Shown here piece after piece: positions 11,301-24,809 of a stretch of 64,000 bases of DNA. Position 1 is the stretch's first letter; each line of letters starts with the position of its first letter. Below the pieces are notes generated by a model. The model saw only the letters and a list, made by a program, of their open reading frames with translations, was not told the DNA's origin and made no database searches. The stretch spans positions 14,136,001 through 14,200,000 of the forward strand of contig CDPCPM010000029.1 of the NCBI GenBank assembly GCA_976551045.1. Direction: 5' to 3'. This DNA is from Glaucostegus cemiculus. Lineage: Eukaryota. The position numbers and the translations under genes are program-made.

Positions 11301-13694
11301 TTGATGAATGCAGATGAAATTTGAAATATGAAAATCCAAAATAATTTATGGAAGATGTCAGAATTTTGGACTGCTGGTGGTGTAATTTCCTCAGAGACAA
11401 GGCAGACTGGCTCATTGCTTCCAGTTTTAAAGCAGGCCCAGGTCTTCCAATAGATGGATCAAACCTTCTAAAATGCTGTTTCAGACAAATTACAGCTCAT
11501 TACAAACAGCCTTGCACCATGCCATTATGTCACAGGAAATCTTTTTTCATTTGCACAAATTTGCCTGGAATTCTTTTATTTATTTGAGTATCCATTATCA
11601 GATCCAAAATTGAATTACTCACAATTATTTTCTGGGAGGCGGATGTTTGTGTATGTTCAATAAGTGGGCACTATGCGAGTGCAATGTATTGCACTGGTCT
11701 TTATAAACAGTAGTACTAACATTAAACACATACATTTATATTCATTCCAAAGAGATATATTGTGGATAAAATTAACCTATTTAGATAACATACAAAATTA
11801 TTTTATTATAGGGAAAATTTAAATACCAAGAGGGGATAAAGTGCAAATTATAATCTAAAATGGGATTAAGTGCATGATACAAAATATCACTAAAATATGC
11901 ATGCTTTGCCTTTGTACAGTATGTTTGTCAGCACAATGCAAATCTTTTTCAATAAGACAAAACATGTGTTCTGTGTATCTACATATATAGATTCACACAA
12001 GAAAATTTCATTAAATTAAATGTGTATATTCTGGATATATCATAATACTGAAGACATACAATGAACAATGACTATAATTTATACTTAACATTAATGAGAA
12101 GAAAGCTATTCTGGACTACATGGCCTCTCTAAGTGGGGGTTCAAATATACAAATAGGATGTTTTTGTATCTTCTCAGCAACCCACTACTGCAGGAAACTG
12201 TGTAATAGCACTTAAATAAATAGAGGCACTGGGTAAGGGATTATTGCTTGTATTATGCTATTGTAGACATTGTTGCCCCATGGTCTGACATAACTGCATG
12301 AATGTGGGACAAGACAAATGCAATGTATGGCTGTGGGATAGTATTGAAACATGACCCCATATCTGGAGGGTTGAAAGTTATGGATCTATTGATTGCTCCT
12401 GGAGTTTTGAAGTGTGGCTGCCAAGGTCTGCCCGCTGGTAGCTGGCTGGTGTGTCTGTCTGCCTGTTGGGTATCAAAGTGCATGAATGGAACCACAGGCA
12501 GCTTTTCTTCAAACATCCATGAAGTTGTGCTTTCTTTTATAATAACTGACCACAGAAAAAGAAAAGTGGCCCCGTCAGGAAAGAAGAAAGGAGTCATAGA
12601 AAAGATTTGACTGACAAAGCTATACGACCTTATCCAGAAATTATACCAGTACTGGTGTTATAAATCCACTGCAATAGTTAATGCATTATAGACATATATT
12701 ACATATTCTTCCCTAAATTGATGGTTTTTTCACATTGTACTAGAAAATGAAAGCCCCTCAAAAATATAGCATCTCACAAAGAAATAGAAGTTGATGAGTA
12801 TAAAGCATTTTTTAAGAGTTATTGTGTCTGCTTTCTCTTGTCAAGTGGCAGGACAATTGAAAAGGAGCAGTATTATATCCTGAAGCTTCATTTCACTCCT
12901 TGTGTACAATTGAAACAAATGCAGAACACTATTGATGTCAACATTGAAAAAATATACACATAATTTTCTTCAAAAGTTTACAAAACAAATTTCAGCTCAT
13001 AAAAGTGAACCTAAGTGTTGAATTAAAGTAAATGTTCTGACAATCTACTTCTGAAGTACATATAAATATACGAACAATTGATTCTATTATCACATTTACG
13101 CTTTGAGGTTTACAGTCTCCGTGGGTAGATTGAATATTGAGTTTTTTATTACAAATCTGTTAATGTACACTCTATAAATTCATTTAAAAGAAAATTAGAT
13201 AAACATTTTGAAAAAATATATATATTAACAGGATAAGGGAGTTAACTGAGTAGTGAAACTTGACTAAGCAGAGAAATACACCAAGCCAGCCAGGAAGGAC
13301 TGAATGGTCTGTTCTAGTGCTGTAGGACTTTTAGGTTGAAAAAAGTAAGATCAAAGAAAAGTTTTAACTCTTATTCTAATTCCTTTGTATCATATTTGAC
13401 ATTACATTTCTGTAGACCCTATTATTACTGATATAATATTGGAAATGTATATTTTAAGCAGAAAAAGCTCTTTGGCCAAACAAGTTATTTCTCAGCATTG
13501 ATTCCAGTTTTGATTTCTCGTGACTGGCTTATGATGAAATTATGTTCTAAGGTAAAGACCTATTAAGTAATTGTTAATTCAGATTTCAAGGGTACCCTTC
13601 TAAGAAAGTATGAAATTCTGCAAGATAATTAAATAATTCAATAATAGTATGCTTGTCTTGTGGAATGCATAATGTTAGATTCTGTGTGATCTGT

Positions 13695-14370
13695 TGAAGG
13701 TGCAGCTCGAACAGCTGCTGGCTCACAGCTCCAGCAACTCGGTTCAGTTCTGACCTCTGGTGAATTCTGTGTGGAGTTTTCACATTCTCCCTGTGACTGT
13801 ATGGTTTTTCTCTGGTTGCTCAGTTTTCCTCTCAAATCCCTAAGACATGTGGGTTGGTAGGTTAACTGGCCACTTTAAATTGTCTTAGATTGTAGATCAT
13901 TTGTAAATGGAATTGGAATTGAAATTGGTTTATCATTGTCACTTGTACTGAGGCACAGTGAAAAACTTGTCTTACATAACATTCATACAGATCAATTCAT
14001 TACACAGTACATTGAGGTAGTACAAGGTAAAACAATACAGAATGCAGAATAAAGTGTCACAGCTGCAGAGAAAGTGCAGTGCAGTAGACAATAAGGTGCA
14101 AGGTCAAAATGAAGCAGATAGTGCTGTCAAGAGCCCACCTTTTCATACTAGGGAACCATTCAAAAGTCTTATAACAGTGGGATGGAAGCCGTCCTTGAGC
14201 CTGGTGGTACCTGCTTTCAGACTTCTGGAGGGAGTTGATGGGAATGTGTGGAGAATAAAATGCAAATAGTGTATGATTAGTGTAAATGGTACATGACAGT
14301 CAGCATGGACTCAGGGGGGCAAAGGGCCTGATTCTATATTGGATGATTCTGACTCTCTATGACTCTAGAT
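13695..14370 (+). mobile_element. HE1-like V-SINE interrupted by an antisense LINE 3' fragment (about 13910-14222)
   Basis: tRNA-like head, V-domain GTGTGGAGTTTTCACATTCTCCCTGTG...GTTTTCCTC, and HER1-type tail AAAGGGCCTG...GACTCTCTATGACTCT; the insert starts with an (AATTGG)-like tail and TTTATCATTGTCAC. Confidence 0.75.
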
Positions 14371-15059
14371 GGACTTAAATGGCTTTTTCATCATACAGTC
14401 TTGTGCTTATTTGTTTAAACTCTTCAGCTACATTTTGATTAAAACTATATTTTCCTGCTCAGTAATATGTTTGTCCTGTGCTTTAGAATATAATTTGGTC
14501 CATTATCTGATAGAATTCTAACAAAGAGGGAAATGTAATGATCTACCATTTCTTGATTAATAAATAATCTTTGTACTACTAATAACAACACATGGGATTA
14601 TCTTTGCTGCAGGGTCTGGGATTTGTATGACAACATTTGGTCTCCTTATTGTAGTTGTGCAAACTGGATTCAAATGATAGTAATTTATGTCACCATGCAT
14701 TAAATAAACCACACCAAAACCTAACTTCAAATCGTGATGTTTACATGAGTTTGAGGAAATTTAATGACATCCATGCTTTTCAGATGTAAAAGAGCTCTTA
14801 TTGACTTCCAAACACTGGAATTTATAGATTTGAGGTAAGTTGGGCATGTGCTCCAGTTGGAGTATCTTTAAAGTGAGGGGATACGCTGTGATAGAGGACA
14901 CAATGTTCTGACATTGTGAGTAATGGAAGAATCTTTTTGAAGTTCTTTTATGTTTGGGAGATGCGAGAGGTTTTCAATCTTTTTGTCTTCATGGAAAACA
15001 CAGGCAGGTACAGAGAAGTTTAACTTTAAATATTAGGGCATGATAGCAGAGCATTTCTA

Positions 15060-15425
15060 TCACTGGAGGAGTGATCCAGTTACTTGATGGATGGTCTGAA
15101 GATATCAAAATCCACCATGCCAGCAGGGAAGTGAAATTAGATTCTTTAAGTAACTCTGTAATAAAAGCTAATAACAGTAATGGTGACCATGTAGTGACAG
15201 GGTGGCGGCAAAACCACATCTAGTTTGCTCATGTCTTTTAAGAAGGGAGTCTGCTGTTCTTGCCTAACCTGCCTACCTACATAAGACTACTGAGCTACTT
15301 AAGTGGGGTTAATTATTGATCAGCATCTGAAATAGCCCAACTATCACTCAGTTCAAAAGCATTTTGGGATTGGCAATAAATGGTGGCCTTGTCAGCGACG
15401 CCCACATCTTGTGAAAACTAGTAAA
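15060..15425 (+). mobile_element. Chondrichthyan SINE with L2-type 3' tail (decayed)
   Basis: AAAAGCTAATAACAGTAATGGTGACCATG...GCAATAAATGGTGGCCTTGTCAGCGACGCCCACATC; a related copy lies at about 58810-59010. Confidence 0.6.
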
Positions 15426-17229
15426 ATAAATCCAATTAATTTGGCTCATTTTCAATATGGTGATATCAACAGATTTTTGTATGATTTAGGATTAATCAAA
15501 CAATAAGGAAACTATGCCAAAAAACTGCATTTTACAATTCCCTCAGACTCACAAAACTAAAAGGGACAATTTTTCAACATTTGCGCTGTGATCACTAAAA
15601 AGCAAATTTGCGATATCCATAGATTTCAATCTACAAAGCGATGGAGGAACTCAGTGGGCTAGGTGGCATCTATAGAGGGAAATGGACAGTCAGCGTGTGT
15701 CCATGTGTTGCAATCTCAGTTCTTATTTTAATCCTTATTCTTTAATTTGCTCTTGTCAGAATACCACACGCTTGATTCCATTGTGTATATCCTTCAATCT
15801 TTCTTGCTATATTGTGATGATTTTTGTAATTTGCTGGACCACCTTATAAAAAAAAATCAGTTTCCTGGCTAACTTCCAATTGTCAGATTGTAGCAAAAAT
15901 ATTTTTTAATCAAATATTGAAGTCTAGTCACCTGATCTCCTCCTGGCTTAAGGGAATTGTACATAAGTAAGAGGTCCTTGTACAAGAAGATATTGAAAAT
16001 CCTGATTAAAAAAATGTTCAATTTTCCCTTTAATTGTAGTTGTTAAAAAAATTAATTACCATATTAATTGTTTGCAGCTTTCAGAAATGAAAACAGTGAT
16101 TGGTGTTAGAAAGATTGCTTGCTTTGTTTACAAGTAGACTATGGGCTCAACTGTTCTGGATTTTTGAATAGGCATGACCCTAAGTGCACTGCATAATCCC
16201 ATTTATAAATCTTTTAACCACTCAGTGGTATTTGTTGTCATAAGGTAACCAATTTTGACAGAAATAAGAAGAAAAGTCAATATACATTCTGTTCAAGAAA
16301 GCTACAATCTGATTTTGTTTAGTTTTGTGAATAATGTGTTTCTAAGGTTCCTGTTATACTCTATTAAGCTAATATATAGCTACTAATTAGATATTGTAGC
16401 TAGTAGCTTTTTGATGAAGCTTTTTATGCCTTCAAATACTTAGTTTAACAACATCAATATATAATATGCCAGATAAGTCTTGCTGAAATGTAATTCAGTC
16501 TCCATATAACAGTTTATCAGAATTGTTTTACATTCTAAACTCGGCTGAGAGTTTCCTACTGCTGGTTTGCCACTAATCTTTTTCTCCTTTAAGATATGCT
16601 TTTGCAAAGAAAGCAATTACATGTTACATTTAAAATATTCAGTCATGGGTGAAATACAGCTGATGTCAGCCTTAATAAAAACTGAAATACAGTGTTTTTA
16701 ATATAAAATGCAAATAATGTGGTATGGTTTGTTTTAAAAATATAAAAAGTTCAAACATAACTTAATATTCCAAGGTTTTGTTTATGGTTGGTGGCCAAAG
16801 AGAAACTAGAAAAAAATGCCCTGAGGAAATGAAATGTTAGTTGGATTCCACAATTGGAATCACTGGAAGGAGTGGGATTGACTTATAATACATGGTTCTC
16901 GGATGCTTTTAGCTCAGACATATTTTGAGAAATTTGTATTATTTGAAATACTCAGGCCCAGAAAATGTTGGATCCCAGGTAATGGGGGATGAAGGGAGAG
17001 GGGGGGGGTAATGGAGAGGACTATGGATGGTGTCTCTCTGACAGCTTGTCCCTATTTGGATCTTTGGTACATGCTCATCTGACCATGGGATATCAGATTG
17101 GGTCCAATTGAAGTTTCCTGCAGTAGGACAGAGCAGGATTTTGAAGATTTTATGAACAAAAAAAATTATTATTTCTAAAACTTCATATAAACTGATAGGT
17201 TAGACAAGTTATTGGAACCTGTTAATAAT

Positions 17230-17960
17230 TTGGTAGAAATAAAAACAGAAATGTTGAGTATTTTTAAATGGAGTAAGATTGTTGGTGTTCAAAGGAACTT
17301 GGGCACCATTGTACCATCACCGAAAGCTAACATGCAGATGGAACAGGCAATCAGGAAGACAAATGTGATCAGATGATTTGAGTACAAGCATAAGGATTTC
17401 TTACTACAATTATATTGGGTCTTGGTAAGATCACACATGGAGACTTGTGTACAGTCTTGTCCTCCTTCCCTTAAAATGAATATACTCGCTAAAGAGGGAG
17501 CAGTGTGAAGATTCCCAGACTAGTTCCTGGGATGGAAGATTTTTCATATGATGAGAAACTGAGTGGGCTAAATCTCTTTTTTTTAGAATTTAAAAGAAAG
17601 AGAGGTGACCTGATTGAAATAAACCAAATTATTAGAGAGTTTGACAGGGCAGATATGCTGAGCTTGTTTCTTCTGGCTGAGGAGGAAACTAGGGGTCTAA
17701 CAGTTTGTCCGTATTTGGACCATATTTAGAATTAATGGTCTTAAAATAAGGTGCAGGTCATTTAGTACTAAAATAGGGAGAAATTTCTTCACTCAATGGA
17801 TGGTGAATCTTTGGAACTCTCTGCCCTGGATTTTGAAGGAACCGTGGATATAGGGAGACAGAAGGAAAATGGTACTGAGGTAGAAGATCAGCCTTGATCT
17901 TGTTGAATGGCTTTGCAGGCTCAGTGGGGCAGATGCATACTCTAGCTCCTATTCTTGATG
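17230..17960 (+). mobile_element. CR1-like LINE ORF2/3' fragment (decayed)
   Basis: ORF 17505-17729 (RLVPGMEDFSYDEKLSGLNLFFLEFKRKRGDLIE) is the CR1 ORF2 C-terminal motif; the fragment ends GCTCCTATTCTTGATGTTC. Confidence 0.85.
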
Positions 17961-20900
17961 TTCTTTTGCTTAAAAGTACCTCTGCATCATTGGGCTTTGT
18001 TACCCAATAAGCCTAAACGAAAGAAGACATCCAATAAGTTATTTTCCTTCCACAATATTAAATTTTGTTTGATGCAACAATTTGAAACATATCTGTACAA
18101 AAATGCAATGCTTGGAAACAGGTCCTTCAATAACTTTCTGAACTGTACCATGGGTAATATTAATCAGTATGAGAAAACAGGGCACCAGGATTTCAGAATC
18201 ATCTAGTCTTGGAAACTTATAACAGAGAAAGAGGCTATTCACAGCCCATTGTGCAAAGTTAACTGGAAAAGAACTATCCAAACAATTCCCAGTTCCCAGA
18301 ACTTGGTCCATAATTTCGTAAATTAAGGCACTTCTTGATTGCATTCAGGGTTTCAGCCTCCACCGCTCATTCAAGCAGTTAAATTTGAGTCCTACCGTGC
18401 TGCGGTCTAATTGTACTCCAATAGTTTTGAATTCCCTCTTGGTTACTAAGCTCTCTGCCAAAAAATCTGGGCCCTACCAATCCACATTGTCAGGAAACAT
18501 ATTCAAACTGCTATATTGTATTCCTAGAAACAGGAAGAGTGGGATTGTACAGGCCTGGTTCAGTTCCACCTCTCCAGCCACCACTTTAGAATTGCTGCCT
18601 GTGGTCGACCCACAACTGCATTGACCTAGGCTAGGTACAGAGGGCCTATCATGTTGTCCTTCTGCATCCCACAGTCTGGTGGCAGAATGAACAGACAAAC
18701 TTGGCCCTCCAAATTTGCCACTAAATCTCAGATTTCTGCTCTTCATGATGCTTAACCAGATGTCCAGGATTTAATTCAATTTCAAAAGCTAAACGTGAAA
18801 CTGGATTTTCTCCGGCCAAAGTCTGAAGCCCTGTTAATGTACATCAGCATTAACAGGCATTACAATATCATAACTTTCCAACAGTTAATAGAAATCAAGT
18901 CAAAATGAACCTTCTCTGCAACATCAAGTTTTGCTTTCTATATATGAAATAAATTAGAAATGGTAATGGTCCCATGGGATGATTCAACCAAATGTTCATT
19001 AAACAAATAGAAAGTGGATTCTGTTTTCAAGTGCGAAGATTATCTCTTAATATGCTTGATTGTTTTGAGTTTCTTGGGCTCCATAACATGTCAAAGCTAT
19101 CAGAACAAACAAACATATTGTTTTTTTCTTTTCCCTTTTTCAGTTACTTCATAAAATCTCAGTTTTCCATATTACTAAGACTTACCATATTGCTTTAATA
19201 TAGAGCAATTGTCATGAACACAAAAATAACTATATCTATAGGGTCCAGCTCATCTTTTATATAAAGAAGTATGCGTTAAACTGCAATGGAGTAGGCAGGA
19301 ACATTATAGGTCAATTAGTGCTCCACCCATGCTGTAAACATCTATGGATTTACATTGAATGCACCTCAAAGTAAAATCACACATTCTCCAGTCTTACCAA
19401 GGTAAAGGTGCAGCATCAACTGTTGCCTAGTAATAAAATCAACATTCTATGTATACTTCATGAAATATATAATTAAATGGAAAAGGTAGTACAAAAAAAA
19501 TCAATAAATTCTTAGCTGTGTTGTACTTAGGTAGCAATAGGAGATGAAGGCATTTGTGTTGAGCTCTCAAGTGCTGAAAGCACACAATATCATTGCAATA
19601 TGTTTTACCATATTATTAATCTAAACAGCAGTAGTATGCTTAACATAAAATGTGAACAAGCTCCATGATACTCCATCTGATTTTCTCCCCTTTAATGGTT
19701 TGACATTTTTTCCACATTCTAATAAGACTGCATAATTATTGATTCAACAGGACCTATACTGGTGTAAGAAAATAAAAGCTAATCAAATTTTGAGCCATAA
19801 GACAAGGAAATGTTTTAATTACCTCATACTTTGCTGCATAAAGAACTGGGTCATAAATAGTAGCCTGCATCAGATGAATTACCTTTACAGGTAAGTATGT
19901 TATATTTCATTCCTTTCATAAATTGGAATCTGAAATATATTCTTAATTTTTGTAGTTTTCTCCTACATAGATTAAAAATTTATTCATGCGCTTTTGCGGT
20001 CCTGGTTATACGGAAGTTATATACTCCGACATAAATGTTTCCTATATCAAACTTTAATCAATTTATGTTTCCTAATACATGTCTTCAGTTAAAATTATAC
20101 CTTGCATGATTAAGCATGTACTGCAGTTATTGCTAGACAAAGGTTGTTGTAACTTATCTACATGTACCACCAGCATTAAATGTTTCATTCCATTAAAAGT
20201 CTTCCCCATAATTATGTTGTAAACCATAGTCCCACAAATCCACCTAGCACATGATTAGCTTTTAGTCAAAAAAATACTTTTCTATTGATTTTGCAAGACT
20301 GAACTAAACTATTTCATCAGATTTTAGATTTAAGGTAGACCAGTAAGACAACACTATTCGACAACTAATTGTAAGTAATTACATATTGCAACCATGGCAG
20401 AGATGGTTAAAATTTGGAATCATTATAAGAAGACCATATGGTTAATCAAAAGAAATGCTATTGTTTTAAAAATTAAAGTAGACATTACCATCACGTTTTG
20501 GCCTAGGAGATTTAGTTCCACTGTACTTTAGGAATACTTCATTTCATGTAATACACAAAATGACTCCACCACTTATCAAGGCTACTATCAAAAAAAGTCA
20601 TGCAAGAATAAAATAACTTTAAAAAGGCAGAAGTTCTGTGCATGTCGAATATGCTTTTTTCGAGTCATTGTTGAGTATTTATTCAACACTGTTAAATAAA
20701 GAACAAAAATCTTCAGCAAAAGTAAAGTATCAATAGCTGTACAGGTAATCATGCAAAATCGCAGGTTACCTTTCAAGGCAATAATTGCCTGTTAAGGTCC
20801 AGCTGCTCATCTTACGATGAAAGTCTAGCAACACATCAATTTTCATTTGATTATCTTGGTCAACTTCTGCCTTGAATCATCTTTGATTCCATTCGCAAAT

Positions 20901-22941
20901 GGGCATTTTTCTAACTCTTTTTGAAAGAATTAGTTTGCCAGTTTTTGTTTGTTTCCCTCTCTATTGTTCCATTGATGCTTGGAAAGGTTGTTTCTCCACT
21001 GACATTTCCTTTAATTTGCTTTTTTGCATCACATCAGTATTGTGAATTTTAATCCTTAACAGAACTTGATCTCAATCAAATATCTTAATGACGATATACT
21101 TACCATGCACATTAATATGGATCATCTATCTTTCTACATCAAATGTAACATGACTCAAACAAGTACTGAATTAATGATGAGTGCTGAGAAATTATGCCAG
21201 ATTTTGATAAGTTAAATTGGAATATTTGCACTGATTATAAATCCATAACTGTTCCAGTAGTGCACTATAGATCTTGTCTGTATCCTACCTACCACCACAA
21301 GAAGTCAACACGTAGGTGCACACCTGCTCCAAAGTTCCTGAGCCAAAAAAAGAAGCCTGTCACCACAGGTATGCACACCTAGATAATAGATCTCAAATAT
21401 TGAGTCAGTAAGTGCTCGACTGAGTTACTGTAAGTTTAAGTGATTTAGTGTGTTGTCACATTTTCTTATATATGTTTTAGTTAGTGCATTGTTTAAGGAG
21501 TCCCATGGTTTTGCACTGGACCTCAAGGTCACTGGCTAAGGCATTGTGGGTGATTGAGGTTAGGGCTTGTTTGTGGATTTTCTGAGGTTCATTTTGTATG
21601 TTATGATTATTTTTTAGTCAATACAATTTTGCACATCTGGAAATAACAGATGAATTTTATGAATAATTTACCTCAGACAAACTAAACCATTTGTTGGTTA
21701 CATTGGCAACATCTCAAATTGTAGTTGTAGTTTAGTTGGTTTCCATACAGACTTGATGAGTCATATCAATTATATTACAGAAGAGGTCAAATTAAGTACC
21801 ATTCATCTGCAGAAGAACTCATATGTAATGATGCAATTGCTTATGTTTAAATATTTGTACATTAATTACAATTGGAATGAAAAGAGTTTACTGATTTCAC
21901 CACATGGTGAGGAACAATGTAAATGGAGTTTAGTTACCATCAGAGCTCCAGGTACCATTACGAGGCACAAATTCAAAAACATGATCCCGATATACATAGA
22001 GCTTCTATTTTCTTTCGCTCTTTCATTCCAGCCTTGCCACGGCTGTAACAAGTGCCTTGGCCCCATGCTGGGTTCTCAGGCAGCTGGAGGACAGATCATG
22101 CACTTGTGTAGCTGAGGGAGGGACAGTATGTCTTAGCTCTCCCCTTTCACCCCAGTTACTTCCTCTCCACCACTTTTCCTGTAGCAGACGGCTGGTGGCT
22201 CAATGCATAAAGATCATTAACTAACAACTGAGCACCTTCCCTCTCTGTTTAAGCTCTATGTAGTTGAGTAAGAGGCTTTGACTCAGCCCAGCCCAAGTAG
22301 TATGCATCCATTATAAGGGGCTGTATTGGGCTTTATCCGGCGAGGGCTCAGCCTTGCCCTGGGCTTCATCAATCATTAGATCAGATCAGATCCCCTTCAT
22401 ACAATCACGCCTCATTAATCGCATCAAGAAGTGCTAAAAAGGCTGTGTAGCTCAGGATGCCTCTACACTTCTCAATGCTTCATTGCTTGACGTTTCAGGC
22501 AATAAAAAGGTCCATAAAAAACAAATGGCAATGAATAAATTAAAATAAATTAAAATACAATGTCAAGATTTAACAATTTTATAATTTCAATGGTAAATAA
22601 CAAGTAATAAAACATACTTTTCATTATTAGTTTATTTCTCCCCTCTGGCATATTCATTTTGATAATTTTCTTAAAGGTTGGAGTAAGTTATACAGTAAAT
22701 ACTCATCAATACTGAGATGCAGGTAATTTTAAATGCTGCCATATCGTTTGCTGCAAACCAGATTAGTGTCTCGTGTTTTCTTTTCTCCAAAAATAATCCA
22801 GCATTTCTTTTTTAAGGTAATTATATTGTGTTGACGGAAATCAAATAAAGTGGCGCTCCTTGTTCCAACGACACGACAAAACTGCAGATCATGTAAGAGT
22901 TTGAGCTGACTGGAAGACAAAGCAGCGTCCAGGTGACTTAC

Positions 22942-23106
22942 CTTTAAATAATTTGAAGCGCTTTGTACCTATTTCAATCAATCACATCGATCCACTGACT
23001 CAACTTTAAATTGCCATATTGTTAAAGTGCATTGTAGGTTTGGTGATAAATGAACGTTAATTTCAATCACCTTGTAACAACCGCTTTGTAAAACTTGAAC
23101 ATTCCC
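22942..23106 (-). ncRNA. Candidate exon 2 of a minus-strand lncRNA
   Basis: Perfect donor AAG|GTAAGT (intron starts at 22941); plausible but weak acceptor TTTTCTTAAG|G at 23107-23108; no long ORF. Confidence 0.4.
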
Positions 23107-24254
23107 CTTAAGAAAACCCAGTTTTTTCTCTCTCTAAGCTGATACTTAAGACTTATTCCAACATGAATAAACTCTTGAATCTTGATGATCTGTGATTTTT
23201 ATTACAAGCTGATTTATATTAATAGGAATGATCTGATCTGCCAAAGATGCCTGTGTTCGAAGTCTTCGGTTAAATATCGAGCAAAATTAAAGGGTAAAGA
23301 GAGGGAAGTGGGTCTCCGTTTAAACGTTTTTAATAACGATTGGTTTCTGTGCAGCAAGCTCCCACCAAATCCTGGAGGAATTAAAGATCTGATTAACATT
23401 ATATTTTCCACCAGACCGAATGGAGCAATAAAGCAAACAGCGCGGAAATGGGACTTCACCCATCAATTAGATATCTATTAGCAGCCAATGCAGCCTTCGC
23501 CACAGGAAATGTCACTTCACAAGAACATCCACTCCTTTCACTTTCTCGTCAAATTAAACAATTCTTCATGGTTCGAAATATAACCCAAACAAACCTTTTG
23601 TTTTTAGCTCGGCACCTGCTTACACCACCCTCCTAAAACACACACAACAATGCGGTATGACCAGGTTCCCCAAAGCACCTGCGCAACAGCTTTGCCGCTA
23701 ATATACCATGCAATATACCATGCACATTTTTATTATTAATATAGAAAAACTAATTACTTTACCGTTTCCAAATGCAGCTAGTTTATCCCGATATACAGAA
23801 TTCCGTATTCGCTATGTACAGCTCAGTTTCCATCGTTTATTACTTATGCATAATTAATTGGAAGCAAATAATTCACAACAACTTTAAGGATTAGGGAGCA
23901 GAAATATAACTTGAAAAGAGTGCTGAAGCCCTCTAATATATTAGCAGAATGTTCATTATTTTGGTGGCTAACATATTAATTAAAAATGCAGGATCGTATG
24001 ATCATTAAATATAAGCAACTCATCTGATACGCGTCTCTTGTAGACTACGCTCACCTAGGGCGTGGGTTGTTTGTAAAGCCAAAAGCTTTGGTTTAGTATC
24101 TCAGTCAAACTTCAAAGGTGAAAAAGTGAAGCTAAAATGGTTGCATTTCACTGGTGGCTAAAGTTCTTCAACCCTTTGATGAGCAAATGTTACTTTTTCA
24201 ACTTTGAATTTGACAATAATGTCTTCAGGCAAATGAGGCACCAAAGATACTCAC

Positions 24255-24800
24255 CTTTTGTTTGGCGCTTTCACTGAACATCTTTTCCCCTTCTATATAG
24301 CTAAAATTTAGTAGTTTTCACACAAAAAAAAACAACAACAGACGGAGATCATTTATCATCAACGATAGTTTGGCAGTATGACAACTGTGTCTCTGCTTTA
24401 CAGTGACAAAGACTGAATCTGCTATAAACTAAGTAAAAAAAATGAAGGAACTTGCGAAGCAGAAAAGTTTGTGTATAAAGAAAGTACTGTTGCTCTATTC
24501 AAGGCGGTGAATTGAAATGGATATTTACAAATAAAACCAGCTGAAGACTCTGGTCAATGCATAAAAGCTGCAAAGCAGCTTAGATGGACATGCACTGTGG
24601 CTAATATTATAATTTTCATAATGCTCTTTTATGTTGTGTTAGACTCCTCCGGTGAGGAGCCCGCAGAGCTGGTCAAAGAGTCTTTGAGAGTGAGCAGAGC
24701 CGGGCAGCTCGGAGCTGCGAACCCCCCGCCGGAATGAGTGGCACTGCGTGCCCCAGCCGGGGCTGCTCTTCCTCCGCCTGCAGCACCTCGGCGGCGGCAG
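24255..24800 (-). ncRNA. Candidate first exon of a minus-strand lncRNA (position fits human LINC00682 between PHOX2B and TMEM33)
   Basis: GC/CpG-rich 5' part (24640-24805) and perfect donor AAG|GTGAGT (intron starts at 24254); CCAAT (24827-24831) and TTTTAAG lie just upstream. Orthology is inferred from synteny only. Confidence 0.45.
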
Positions 24801-24809
24801 CGGTGTCCT

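Noticed and set aside
13695-13780. tRNA-like sequence
   Set aside because: It is the head of an HE1-type SINE and does not form an intact cloverleaf.
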